Below are positions 29,389-42,049 of a DNA stretch of 64,000 bases, piece after piece; the stretch's first letter is position 1, and every line of letters begins with the position of its first letter. Location: the NCBI GenBank assembly GCA_964016885.1, contig OZ024741.1, forward strand, positions 316,014,001 to 316,078,000, given 5' to 3'. The notes beneath the pieces were generated by a model. That model did no database searches. It was not told the origin of the DNA and saw only the letters and a program-made list of their open reading frames with translations. Made by a program: the position numbers and the translations under genes. This DNA is from Eledone cirrhosa (taxonomy: Eukaryota).

Positions 29389-30428
29389 TTAGCGAGAATC
29401 GCATTTCGGCGAGTAGAAATTAGTCCAAAGAGGAGAAAACCCCTAGTTTTGGCAAATGAATTCAGTATGTGTAGTCATTGCAAAAATTAGCAAAAAAAAC
29501 ACAAAACGAATTAAGCCCTCAACCGAGTAGTTTTTAAAATAAACTTAAGTGATTAATCAGTCAATAGAATCAAAGAAATTAACTGCTTAATTGCTAGACT
29601 TGGGAGATTATTATAAATATACATTTAGCGAGAATCGCATTTCGGCGAGTAAAAATTAGCGAAACGCAACTTCCGAATTGTGTTGGCGGGCGCTCAATGG
29701 ATATTAATATACAAGAGCTATAAACATAAGTTTAAAAGGCCATACAAAATTGAGACGATGGTTAAGAAGCCATTAACCACCTAAGCCAAAAAAGCGAGCA
29801 AGATAAGCGGATGAAACAAAATAAGATATGATTGAAATATTTATCCGGACCTTCGGGAACGATGGTATAATCCGATATAGGGTTTCTGCGACACTTAAAT
29901 CAATAATACTGTCTGCTTATAAAAAATACTAAGCTTTTGGTATAATGATCGAACAAGGATATCACTTTCTCAACAGGCATTTTGTTCTGCGTGCGCCAGG
30001 ATCCCAGAGTGTTCGAAAGTACATGTGAAAACCAATATATATATATATATATATGTGTGTGTGTATGTGTGTGTGTGCGTGGATGTGTGTGCGTGTGGGT
30101 GCGTATGTGTGTGTGTGTGTGTGTGTACGTAGATGCAAGGTGAACTGAATGATAAATATGTATTGATTTCACAAAGATAGATACATAAATGGATAGATGG
30201 ATAAACAGTGGCAAATTTTTTAGAGAGAATATCTGTGATCGATTATATTAATTCCAATAACTTAGAAAACTTATTTTATCGAACTAAGAACGATGAAAGA
30301 GAATGTTAGCTTTAGTGAAATTTGAAATCAGATCCGCAATGAGGCTAAAGTGAAGATCGGGTGGCAGTTTGTGCAGCCCTCTATCGAGTTTTCAACTCCA
30401 CTGACCCATATGTGCGTGTGTCTGCCTG

Positions 30429-30484
<56 letters not shown>

Positions 30485-30548
30485 GAAAATAGTATACATA
30501 CACACATTGTATACATACATACATGCAAACGTATATATGTACATATAC

Positions 30549-30615
<67 letters not shown>

Positions 30616-31233
30616 ATGTGTGTGTGTGTGTGTGTGTTTATATATATACACACACATATATATACATACATACATTCATACATATATATATATATAAACG
30701 TCCACCCTCAAATACTTACAGCCATACACATACACAATTACACAAAGGAGTAGCTAAAAATAAAATGGCGTTGCGCGCTTCAGTGAATCCAGTAAACCGA
30801 GAGGCGAGCTAATGGATTTCCAGTGTTAAACTTGCAGTGGTCTATATTTGGTTTGACTATTTCCAGAATTAACAAACGTTCCATTCACAGAGTCTTCGTT
30901 TTCCGGGTCAACTTGTTGTTTTCTTCTACCTTGCTTTAAATTCATACTGTCTATAAATATGTCTTGTGTGTGTGTGTGTGTACTTATGTGTGTACATGTC
31001 TACATACACGCACACATATATATGTGCATTAAATCTACTCTTTTGTCCATGTAGGCTCAGATTATGTATGTCTGTGGGGGCAGCAGTGGATCGGCTTTTT
31101 ATTATTGTTTTTGCAATGAAATGGATAAACGACAACAGAATGAATGCTGTTGTATACTTCAATAATATGTATATATATATATATATATATAGATGTACAC
31201 ACAGTATATATCTAAATATATATATATACAATA

Positions 31234-31273
<40 letters not shown>

Positions 31274-31618
31274 TTGTGTGTGTGTGTGTATAATATATAT
31301 GTATGTTTGTATATATATATATAAACAGAAACTGTGGGTGTACGTGTGTCTGTGTGTATGAAACAGGGACAACTAAAGTAGTAGAGGTTCTTTAAAATAA
31401 TTTCTACTGTAGGCACAAAGCCAGCAATTTTGTGGAAGAGGAAAAGTCGATGAGAGGCAAAGCTAACCTCGGAGGGATTTATAACATCTTGAGGTTCTTT
31501 ATAACATCTAATGCTACATGTTCCATAATCCTACTTTATATTTTTGACTCCTAAAGAAGCGAATATATTTTATCGTGACCTCACTAGATGTGTTGCCAAA
31601 CTAGGCTCAAGAAGATTA

Positions 31619-31688
<70 letters not shown>

Positions 31689-32001
31689 ACATATACACAC
31701 ACACTCTCTCTCTCTCTCTCCTACTACTACTACCACCACTAATACCACTACTACTACTACTATTCATGACACCGACAATGGCTATAGTTGAAAGAGAGCT
31801 AGACGGCCAGTCTTGGTCAGAAATATCGAACCATTCAGCATGAAATTAACATCCGTTTACAAGGGATTGAACGAAATCGAACATAAATATCGATATTTAT
31901 GACAACAAGCATCAATACACAGATTTTTAAGTCCCAAAGAGACACACGCACATACACACACCTACAGATTTATGTATCTACATATATACATATATATATA
32001 T

Positions 32002-32100
<99 letters not shown>

Positions 32101-32141
32101 ATATTAACAAATGGAAACTATATTTATAAAACCATATTTAT

Positions 32142-32201
32142 TTCATTATACATATTTCAAGGGCCACCAGAGAAAACTATGGTGCGCTTTCATCAGATAA
32201 A
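32142..32201 (-). ncRNA. Type I hammerhead ribozyme (family E)
   Basis: Reverse strand: tttat CTGATGA aag-cgcacca..tggtg-gcc-ctt GAAA tatgta TA atgaa; flanks match 7670-7822 and 14891-15010. Confidence 0.7.
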
Positions 32202-32282
32202 ATATAATATAGGTTAGTTTTATAAATAAATATTGACATACCCTTAAAAAATGCAACCATTCTGGTTGGTATCCCGACAAAT

Positions 32283-32335
<53 letters not shown>

Positions 32336-32364
32336 GCGTGTGTATGATTGTGTATAGAAGATTA

Positions 32365-32610
32365 TATTAATAAAAGGAATTCCAACTTTGTCTGATTTAC
32401 TCGTTTTATTTACAATCCTTTAAAATTTATAATGGTATTATAAGGAAATAGTATGGTAGAATATTAAATGTTAAGCGTTAATTGAACAAGTACTTTCAAT
32501 TAACACTTAACATTTAATACTACTATTTCATTCTAATACCATTATAAATGTTAAAGGATTGTAAATAAAACGAGTAAATCAGACAAAGTTGGAATTCCTT
32601 TTATTAATAT
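32365..32610. repeat. Palindrome of PLE pLTR sequence (same family as 60575-60735)
   Basis: Arms taataaaaggaattccaactttgtctg... and ...cagacaaagttggaattccttttatta; centre gaacaagtactttc is the HHR stem III/cleavage site. Confidence 0.85.
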
Positions 32611-32959
32611 ATATATATATATATATATATACTTATATTTATATATATATAAACACACACATATGTATGTATATATATAAACAAAACACACACACCTATA
32701 TGGATATGTATGGATTCTTGAGTCGAGCTCGATTACTTCCGATTGTACCTTGAGCTGATCGATTGCGAAACACGCACTTCATGTGTTAATAAATATATTA
32801 ATGTTATATTAATACTTCTTTCTTCCGCTGCTTATTACGGATACCGGTAATGGGGAAATCTCAAGCTAGTGAACCATCGGTAACTAAACACTACATACCA
32901 ATGCACTACATATATACATATGTATTTTGCCTGAGAAAATACCACTATGTATATATAAA

Positions 32960-33150
32960 TAATTGTTTCTACTTTAGGCACAAGGCCAGTAATTACCCAG
33001 TGCATTACTGGTACTTTATTTTATCGACCCCGTAAGGATGAAAGGCAAAGTCAACCTCGGCGGGATTTGAACTCAGATCGTAAAGGGACGTAACTATGCT
33101 GGAAAGCATGGCGTCCGACCCTCTACCGATACTGCCAATCCACCACCCCA
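32960..33150 (-). mobile_element. tRNA-derived SINE
   Basis: Same family as 16195-16360. Confidence 0.85.
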
Positions 33151-33481
33151 TTATTTATATGTATATATAAATAATGCGTACATATATTTATTATTTTTTT
33201 AATATCTCTATGTGTGTATGGATATTACATACATATATTTATTTTTTTAATATCCAATTGAGTTCTTAAACACGTGGTTAGAATACCTAACAGGGTTCAA
33301 TGACCTCCGTGTATATTATTTTATATTTTACGATGACCTCTCCTTCCCTTTTGGGAACAGTGTGAAATTTCTTTGTGAAGGACTACTGGGCTTTCAAATT
33401 TAGCTGTCCTTCTAGCACTGACGGAGACCATCACTGAATATTAATATCGATGTAGTTTTTTATATTGATATTGCCTGGGCA

Positions 33482-33595
33482 TCCACTGATGAGTTATAAG
33501 GGCCCACTTGTGTGTATATCTATACAAGTTTCTACATAACTTGGACATTATTTTGCCAACCTTGTAGAAATCTTATAACGAAACGATCGTATCGA
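33482..33595 (+). ncRNA. Type I hammerhead ribozyme with branched stem II (family G)
   Basis: tcca CTGATGA gttataag[cttgt..acaag; tttctaca..tgtagaaa]cttataac GAAA cgatcg TA tcga. Confidence 0.75.
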
Positions 33596-33865
33596 AAGAA
33601 AGATAGATTTATTTAATTATGTCTCATATAAAATAATACAACCAACTTTCCACGGAATACTGTATAGTTAGCACCCCAAACACATAATTGGGATTATACT
33701 CAGGTATATCTTAATGTTTGTTGAGTGAGATGGAGTTGGTCAGAGTATCGCTAAAAGCTCTCTCTTAATGTATTAAATATATATATACCTATATGTATAC
33801 ACCCCCCCCCCACACACACACACACACACACATACATATGCATGCATATATATAAACATATGTAT

Positions 33866-33902
<37 letters not shown>

Positions 33903-34379
33903 CATATATATACATATATAAATATGTGAATATATGTATATGTCTGGATATATATGAATATGTGCATATTCTCATGTATATACATATATGTATCTACTTG
34001 AGTGAGTGTAAATATGTATGAAGTGACTATTTGTGACTACGCCTGCGTATACGTGTATACCTACGCATGCGTATAAACTTCTGTCTGAATGCTTGTACAT
34101 TCATTTATGTGTGCCTCTCTCTCTCTATATATATATATATATGTGTGTGTTTGTGTGTGTGTGTGTGCGTATCTGTTCTTGTGCGTATCTGTGTATGTGT
34201 GTGTGACTGACTGTCTGTATGTGTGATGATGCATACGTGTCCTATCGTCTACATCTTGTAATAGCGAGAATCCGTTGTAAACACCTTATTAGCTTAATGA
34301 GATGACGTTTGGAAAATGGCGGACAAACGAGAACGGTGAGAACAGATTTAGCTCGCAACTGTGATTTATGATTGGTGAT

Positions 34380-34990
34380 TTACTACTAGATGGCTACAAC
34401 AATAACAGAAACAACAACAAAAACAGTAACAGCAACAGCGGGAAGCGCAACGAGGTGAACTAAGATAATAGTAACAACATCGGTGACTTTAATATGAGCT
34501 TCAACAACAACAACAACAGCACAATCACAACGACAACCCATGGAGCAAAAACACTACTACCACTAACAGAATCAATGGAAACAACCGCATCTAGTAGCAA
34601 TATAACGCTATCATTAACACCAACAACAACACCGTGATTACCAGCTACAGCAGCAACACGAACAATATCTAAGAGGCTGATGACGACATCACGTGTAACC
34701 TGAAAATCATCAAAACCCCCAACTCCACTACAAAATACTAACGACACCAGCACTACCAATAACAACACCATCATCACTAACAACGACATTATCACCACCG
34801 CCAGGGATAACAATAATATTACCATTATCACCACCAACATCTTTACTACCCCAACAACAACATCATCAACATTACTATCACCCACTACCAGAACTACCAC
34901 CAAGAAACACCATCACCGCTATCTCTACCAATAATAACATGAACACTACCAACACCATCATTACTACTAGGACTACTAACAACAACACGA
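34380..34990. repeat. Degenerate (AAC/ACC)n low-complexity tract
   Basis: Direct reading. Confidence 0.8.
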
Positions 34991-35319
34991 GTCAGTCAAG
35001 AGATATTCAGATGGTTGTTCGGACTGCTTTACTTAGTTGTCAAGTTACCTTCAAATATTGCCGCCCTACCATCTTTAAAAATGGTGTAATATGTGTAATA
35101 TGCAGGAACAAATAATTCTATAGAATATGTATGTATGATCCCGTAACTCCTGATAGAATCGTAGGACGCCGAATTGATATACGGTGTTTCTTGGGCATTT
35201 TAAGTCTGGCGGAGACCTATCCCTCTCCAGGCCCGAGTACAGCAGATTTCTTCCATAGAAAGATAGAAAGTGAGAGAGAGGAAAATGAGAAAGAGATGTA
35301 GAGGAAGAATCCACCTCAT

Positions 35320-36360
35320 TACTAAACTGGTACCTTTTTCATCGACCTCGAAAGAATGAAAAGCAAAGTTGACCTCAGCGGGATTTGAACTCAGAGAGCA
35401 GAGAACCGGAACGAATACCATAAAGCATTCTATCCGACGTTCTAACAACTCTGCCAATTCGCCGCCTACCTATATAATATATCAGTCAGTAAAAGCGCGT
35501 CATGATAATCATTCCGCTTGAATAGCCGCTTTGTAAAGGAAAGGGAAAGTGGCCGACTGTCTGATCGATCCTAAGAAACAATGCTTTCATTGATCTTGTC
35601 ATTGCTTAAACTTAAGCGCAGAAGTTTCACTGATTATGTATGTATAAGGAAATATCCGATCGTCAGATTAGACCAAAGGGACAATATTTCCATTAGTTCT
35701 CCCATTGCTGATACTATCTATCGGTCGCACCCAAGGCAAAGTTGTCGCTGGTGAGATTTGAACTGAGAATATAAAAAATCGTAACTGAATGCATTTTGTT
35801 CGATGCACTAACGATTTTGCTACTCTAATCAACAATCAATAATAATTTCTAATTTAGGCACAAGGTCAGCAATTTGTGAGAGGGGAAAATTGATTACATC
35901 GACTTAACCACTTTATGTGCGTGTGTGTTGTAAACATGACAGAAATAAGAAACTGTATTTTTCTATTGGAACAATTCTCTATATCCAATAACATTGTAAC
36001 CATTATTTACGATATGAATACAAGAGATAACAATAGCAGCAATAATAAAAATATTGACAATAATAATAATTGTTTCTACTTTTGGCACGAGGCCAGCAAT
36101 TATCCCAGTGCATTACTGGTACTTTGTTTTATCGACCCCGTAAGGATGAAAGGCAAAGTTAACCTCGGTGGGATTTGAATTCAGATCATAAAGGGCCGTA
36201 ACTCTATGCCGCAAAGCATGGCCGCCGACCCTCTACCAATACTTCCAATCCACCACCCTATGACAATAATAATAATAATAATTTCTGATTTACGCACAAG
36301 GCCAGTAATTTTAGGGAGTGGAAAGTCGACGAAATCGAGCCCAGTGCATTACTGGTGGTT
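35320..36360 (-). mobile_element. Cluster of tRNA-derived SINE copies (about 35320-35465, 35740-35900, 36068-36258, 36280-36360)
   Basis: Repeated gaaaggcaaagtt..cctc.gcgggatttgaactcag and ggcacaaggccagcaatt motifs. Confidence 0.8.
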
Positions 36361-36419
36361 TATGTTATTGTGTTACTTAAGTCATCAGAAGCTGATCTCT
36401 GACATTCACTTGATAGGTT

Positions 36420-36860
36420 TGATGCTGAGTGCTGTACGGCTAAAATGAAAATCAGTGCTGCGTAGACTTTGACACTCGTCTTCTCAAGGAAGCCTGCGCA
36501 GTGCACTCTAAATGTGAGTGAAGTTTCACTGAAACAGGTGGAGAAGTTCCAGTATCACGGACCCGTTTTCATGAGTGAGGAAAAACAGGAAGCTGAATTA
36601 AGCACAAAAATTGCAGGAGCTTGTGCAGTAATGCACCAGCTTCAGCATTTGGTCATCAGAAGAAAGGAGGTAGGTATAAAAGCCAACCGGAAGGCGACCC
36701 AGGGGTAGATCCCGAGCAATATGGCTGAATAACATCCATGAACTCGGCTGGTCTCACTTGGGGTTCCAGTTGGATCAATTAGAAACATTTAATTCTGACA
36801 GGACCCGCTAGAAGGAGTATTTGAGGACTCTGCGCCTACCACCCTCCTGGGAATAGAAGA
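36420..36860 (+). mobile_element. Decayed LINE 3' fragment
   Basis: LKQVEKFQYHG (YLG-like) and a GRPR-like remnant. Confidence 0.55.
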
Positions 36861-37329
36861 ATAATAATAAGAAGAAGATATGTATATATTAATAATTTCA
36901 CCCAAAGCTCACTAAAACACTGTATATATAATCTTACTTTGTAGTCTCATTTGTAAGTATATAAGTGAAGCCGTTCATCCGAATTACGTTGGTGTGAAAT
37001 TTCACGACTGAGTATATTAGTGCGTATTGTATTGGAATTACTGTATAAGTTGGCATAGCAGTGAGGTTTTATGGTGATTACACTTGGTTACATTGTCCTG
37101 CATTCTTGAGACAATTAACAGTAAATCTTTTCCGCTCTTCATCAGCATCAGCTTCAGCATTTTGTTTCATTTCCTCAGAGAAAATGTCAGAAGAGGGAGA
37201 AAGAAAGATAGAATGACAGAGGAGAGGGAAAGGAAGTAGGAAAGTGAAAAATTAAGGAAGAAAGAAAGAACGAGAGAAAGAAGGAAATGCTACAAAATTA
37301 AAGAGAATGTGTCGGTTCCGACGATGAAT

Positions 37330-37565
37330 ATTCCTGTTGTTTGAACATCGGAACAGCAAGCATATTCGACGAGTAAGTGGCTGCGCATTCCACTGGCACG
37401 TGTACCCTTAATGTAGCTCTGAGGGAGATTCAGTGCAACATGTTTTGTGATAAGCCTGGTCCTTTAAATTATAAACTCAGTTAAATAAAACGTTTTGCTG
37501 GATATTGAAATCATAACCGTACGATCGTGAGGCCAGTACTCTAACCATGATACCATGCGCTTTCC
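37330..37565 (-). mobile_element. Second SINE family copy
   Basis: cacgtgtacccttaatgtagctctgagggagattcag core; tRNA-like head on the reverse strand (gcgcatggt..tggttagagt). Confidence 0.55.
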
Positions 37566-37734
37566 CACAAGAGAGAATAATACAAAACAAGGTCATATCT
37601 CAAGGTATGGTTCAGAATAGTAGTGTACAAATACAGTATGTCTATGTATAATAAACTGACTAGTATAAAGTCTCGGTGTATTTTAAGGTATGATCGTATT
37701 ACAGGTACCTTAAATTATACACACATATACATAT

Positions 37735-37837
<103 letters not shown>

Positions 37838-38018
37838 GGGAGAGAGAGAGAGATGACTTCTACAGGACCTGTTTCATTTATATAATGATCATATGAGTTC
37901 CAGTCGAGTAGAAACCATTCCTATATAACATAAATATGCGTCTTCTCTATTAATATACTGAGTACCTAATTTAAATGGGTTTTCTTTTTCCGATCCCCCT
38001 CGGAAACTTTCCTTAATT

Positions 38019-38065
<47 letters not shown>

Positions 38066-38299
38066 TTAGAAACACACAGATATATGCGGACACACACATA
38101 TATACATGAATGCATCCGCACCCAACTGTGAGTTAAGGGTGCCAACTTCACCGATGTTGCTCAATGAATGACTGGGACAGACCAATTCAGTTTGAACCAG
38201 ACTGAACCAGTATCAGAGTTAAAAATACATTATGAAGAGAGAAGAAACATTTAGATATAATTAGTAATAAAATGTATCATACCTAAACTGTTCCTAAAT

Positions 38300-38387
38300 T
38301 CCTCGACTACGTAGTTTCGTGGCATAAACAAAAACAATATATCAAAGATATAGAGTCCTTGCGAGGTCTGCCGACTTATCAAGAGGA
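38300..38387 (-). ncRNA. Hammerhead ribozyme, U3-A8 core variant
   Basis: Reverse complement of 38839-38926. Confidence 0.8.
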
Positions 38388-38838
38388 TACCTCATTTTAC
38401 TAGTCTCAAGAACGCGTCTACACGACGTGAGAAAGAATCCCAAAAGGCGGAGGGGGAGATAGTCACGCGATATAACGGTCGAGAAACAGAGCTAAGCCTC
38501 TTATAACCACGAAGAAAATACCACAGAGGCGGAGGGGGTATTCATATCGAGGCCGTAGAAGAGGTAGTGAAGAAGGCGAGAAGTATGAGTAATGGAAGCT
38601 TTCCAGTTGTCCCCACACCTCAAAGATTGCTCGACCAGAGGGAGTTATTAATATATTTAGAAACACACTACGGCCTCGATATGAATACCCCCTCCGCCTC
38701 TGTGGTATTTTCTTCGTGGTTATAAGAGGCTTAGCTCTGTTTCTCGACCGTTATATCGCGTGACTATCTCCCCCTCCGCCTTTTGGGATTCTTTCTCACG
38801 TCGTGTAGACGCGTTCTTGAGACTAGTAAAATGAGGTA

Positions 38839-38926
38839 TCCTCTTGATAAGTCGGCAGACCTCGCAAGGACTCTATATCTTTGATATATTGTTTTTGTTT
38901 ATGCCACGAAACTACGTAGTCGAGGA
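38839..38926 (+). ncRNA. Hammerhead ribozyme, U3-A8 core variant, branched stem II
   Basis: tcctc TTGATAA gt(c)ggca[..cct cgca agg..tatatc ttt gatata..]tgccac GAAA ctacgtag TC gagga. Confidence 0.82.
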
Positions 38927-39429
38927 ATTTAGGAACAGTTTAGGTATGATACATTTTATTACTAATTATATCTAAATGTTTCTTCTCTCTTCATAATGTA
39001 TTTTTAACTCTGATACTGGTTCAGTCTGGTTCAAACTGAATTGGTCTGTCCCAGTCATTCATTGAGCAACATCGGTGAAGTTGGCACCCTTAACTCACAG
39101 TTGGGTGCGGATGCATTCATGTATATATGTGTGTGTCCGCATATATCTGTGTGTTTCTAAATATATTAATAACTCCCTCTGGTCGAGCAATCTTTGAGGT
39201 GTGGGGACAACTGGAAAGCTTCCATTACTCATACTTCTCGCCTTCTTCACTACCTCTTCTACGGCCTCGATATGAATACCCCCTCCGCCTCTGTGGTATT
39301 TTCTTCGTGGTTATAAGAGGCTTAGCTCTGTTTCTCGACCGTTATATCGCGTGACTATCTCCCCCTCCGCCTTTTGGGATTCTTTCTCACGTCGTGTAGA
39401 CGCGTTCTTGAGACTAGTAAAATGAGGTA

Positions 39430-39517
39430 TCCTCTTGATAAGTCGGCAGACCTCGCAAGGACTCTATATCTTTGATATATTGTTTTTGTTTATGCCACGA
39501 AACTACGTAGTCGAGGA
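39430..39517 (+). ncRNA. Hammerhead ribozyme, U3-A8 core variant (tandem copy)
   Basis: Identical to 38839-38926, 591 bp downstream. Confidence 0.82.
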
Positions 39518-39583
39518 ATTTAGGAACAGTTTAGGTATGATACATTTTATTACTAATTATATCTAAATGTTTCTTCTCTCTTC

Positions 39584-39617
<34 letters not shown>

Positions 39618-39619
<2 letters not shown>

Positions 39620-39988
39620 AGACTTGGATACTGACCAAGAAACTCACTCAGATGGTGGATAGGTGCTACACGAGAATGCTGAGGATGGCTCTGAACATTA
39701 TTCAGTATACACTGAGGATGAAGAAATGTACGGGAGCCCCCCCCCCAAAAAAAAAACCCAGCTCGAAGAGGAGATTGAGGTTGGGTGGACATGCTCACCT
39801 ACATTCAGAGTTGACACTGTACACAGTGTTCCTGTGGGAGCCCCTACACGGACACACTAGAAGAGGGAGACCGAGGTTGACATATGTTGATGCCCTAAGG
39901 ACAGACACAGGTCTCTTGGAGACGCAGGACATGGCAGCCATGATGAGGGACAGAAACCGCTGGAGAGAACTCGTCCATGGATCTCGCT
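39618..39988 (+). mobile_element. 3' fragment of the RTE-like LINE family at 13401-14590
   Basis: Highly similar to 14191-14566 ([25 protein letters not shown]). Confidence 0.9.
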
Positions 39989-39990
39989 GA

Positions 39991-40034
<44 letters not shown>

Positions 40035-40092
40035 TCAGCGAGAATCGCATTTCGGCGGGTAGAAAAAGCGAAACGAAACGCAAAAATATATA

Positions 40093-40240
40093 TATATTAT
40101 TTGTGCAGATAAAATTCTTAGCAAAGAATCGTTCCTTTCACCCTTTTACGGGATCTTCTGAAACAGTTTCAGAAGAGCCCGTAAAAGGGTGAAAGCACCG
40201 ATTCTTTGCTTAGACTTTAATCTCTACAAATAATAAATAT
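40093..40240. repeat. Palindrome carrying two HHR-like folds with U4A core (40165-40216 plus; about 40113-40163 minus)
   Basis: agttt CAGAAGA gccc gtaaaa gggt GAAA gca-N9-tgc TT agact; centre gaaacagtttc. Confidence 0.7.
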
Positions 40241-40551
40241 TTGTTCTAAGGGTTGTACATATATATATAATCTCTTGGAGGTTATTGGCATGTCAAAAGT
40301 TCCCTCAATGAAAGGATAATTTCCTGAACTGACCGCTACCAGTGAATAATTTCGGGAAGGAGAATTATCAAGTGGTATAACGGTCACAAAAGGGTGGGAA
40401 AGGGGAGGACGGTTGGCGAGTAATATATTTGCTAGAAGATGCAGTCAATTTCCACCTAATTTTTACACAACCGTAAGGGAGTTTTGACAAATTAATAAGA
40501 TATATATACATACAGATACATGAGTATAAATACATTATATATACATACATA

Positions 40552-41129
40552 CAGTAATCCCCCACTATATCGTGGTTCACTTTTCGCGGTTTCGCTACAT
40601 CGCGGATTTTTCTTTGGAACGTATCTAATTTCCTATTGCGGTAATCCTCGCTACATCGCTGATTTTTCGTTAGAACATATCTATTATCTTATCACGGTAC
40701 GTACGTCTGAATAAAAAGAGTTTAAAATTTAAACTTATTAAATAAGTTTCGATGTGATTGAAGTGTATAACGCTTTAACTATAAAAAACTGTTTTTATTT
40801 TTCATTCCATTACTGTTTTACTTCCTGTGTTTTTCTCTAATCTACTACAAACCCCTCATACCAACGTGGTTGGTAATGGTCGTCATTAGTAACTAGTGGC
40901 ACGATCATTGGTGATAGTTTCTATACGATCGTTACTGGCTGTTTTTCGTGTTTAAATTAAAAAAAGTATGTTTTAATGGGGTTATATGTACTTAAAGCGT
41001 GTAGGAGAGGTATTTTAAGGCTTAAACTATGAAAACAACGGTGGTCCTTTTGGTCTCTCTATATCACGGATTTTCATTTATCGCGGTTGGTTCTAGAACG
41101 TATCCCCCGCGATAGACAGGGGATTATTG
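40552..41129. mobile_element. Tc1/mariner (pogo/Tigger-type) MITE
   Basis: TA-cagtaatcccc...ggggattattg-TA; TIRs with TA target duplication. Confidence 0.8.
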
Positions 41130-41528
41130 TATATATATATATATATATAATTTATTTATGCTTATGCACAGAACAAAAGCGCTCCTTAAGATTTTAAGGC
41201 CCAATATTGTAAGAGGGAACAATATTGTGACCTAATCTTTTGATGTCTCTTACATTCTGGAGATATGGTCAATATTGGACATTGAAACCTTGTGTAGTGC
41301 CTTTGTTCCGTATATAAACGTAAATAATTGTTTCTACTTTTGACACAAGGTCAGCAATTAACCAGATCGTAAAGAGCCATAACTCTATACTACAAAGCAT
41401 GGCGTCCGACCCTCTACCGATACTGCCAATCGGACATAAATAATAACAATATATTTCAGCTCTCTTCCCGCATGAGCACTATGGTTCTTTTTCCTTTTTC
41501 ACACCTATGGATATTACTTTATTTATAC

Positions 41529-41603
<75 letters not shown>

Positions 41604-41620
41604 TGTGTATGTGTGTGTGT

Positions 41621-42006
41621 GTAAAAGGTAAACAGAAATAACAGCGCAATCGGTACAGTATATGGAAGGGATGTGTTAACGCTTGATAGAGCAGGAAGAG
41701 GGTCTTAACGTTTCGGACGCTAGTCCTTCATCAGAAGGATGAATGGAAAATAAGATAGATTGAGGGGACGGGTGGGATATATATAGTACATATATATATT
41801 ATATATATGTGTGTGTATGTATGTAAGTTTTTTCCCAATTCCATCCCACCCGTCCCCTCAATCTATCTTATTTCTCATTCTTTCTTCTGATGAAGGACTA
41901 GCGTCCGAAACGTTAAGACCCTCTTCCTGCTATATCAAGCGTTAACCTAATATATCCCTTACAAATACTGTACCGATTGTGTTGTTATTTCTGTTTACCT
42001 TTTACA
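41621..42006. repeat. Inverted repeat (41621-41778 / 41842-42006) with two minimal HHRs (41703-41738 minus, 41883-41918 plus)
   Basis: tctt CTGATGA a-ggac tagc gtcc GAAA cg TT aaga. Confidence 0.85.
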
Positions 42007-42049
42007 TACATATATGTATATGTATGGAAAGTGCACATAATCGAGTCCT

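Larger units (their letters stand above)
38058..39586 (+). mobile_element. Retrozyme-like element (family H): 591-bp unit, one inverted copy plus 1.55 tandem copies, three HHRs
   Basis: tacggcctcgatatg at 38669 and 39260 (period 591); 38058-38668 is a reverse-complement unit; flanked by (TA)n; non-coding. Confidence 0.88.

Noticed and set aside
29381-29660. Partial tandem (period about 236 bp) also matching 40035-40065
   Set aside because: A real repeat, but no complete ribozyme fold or other diagnostic feature was found
34460-34903. Val/Leu-rich or Thr/Asn-rich mucin-like ORF
   Set aside because: Degenerate trinucleotide low-complexity sequence with stops on the + strand; no exon evidence
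38463-39354. Duplicated 67-75 aa ORFs in the 591-bp unit
   Set aside because: They arise from the repeat itself, have no recognisable domain and no good start; coding by a circular RNA cannot be excluded but is unsupported
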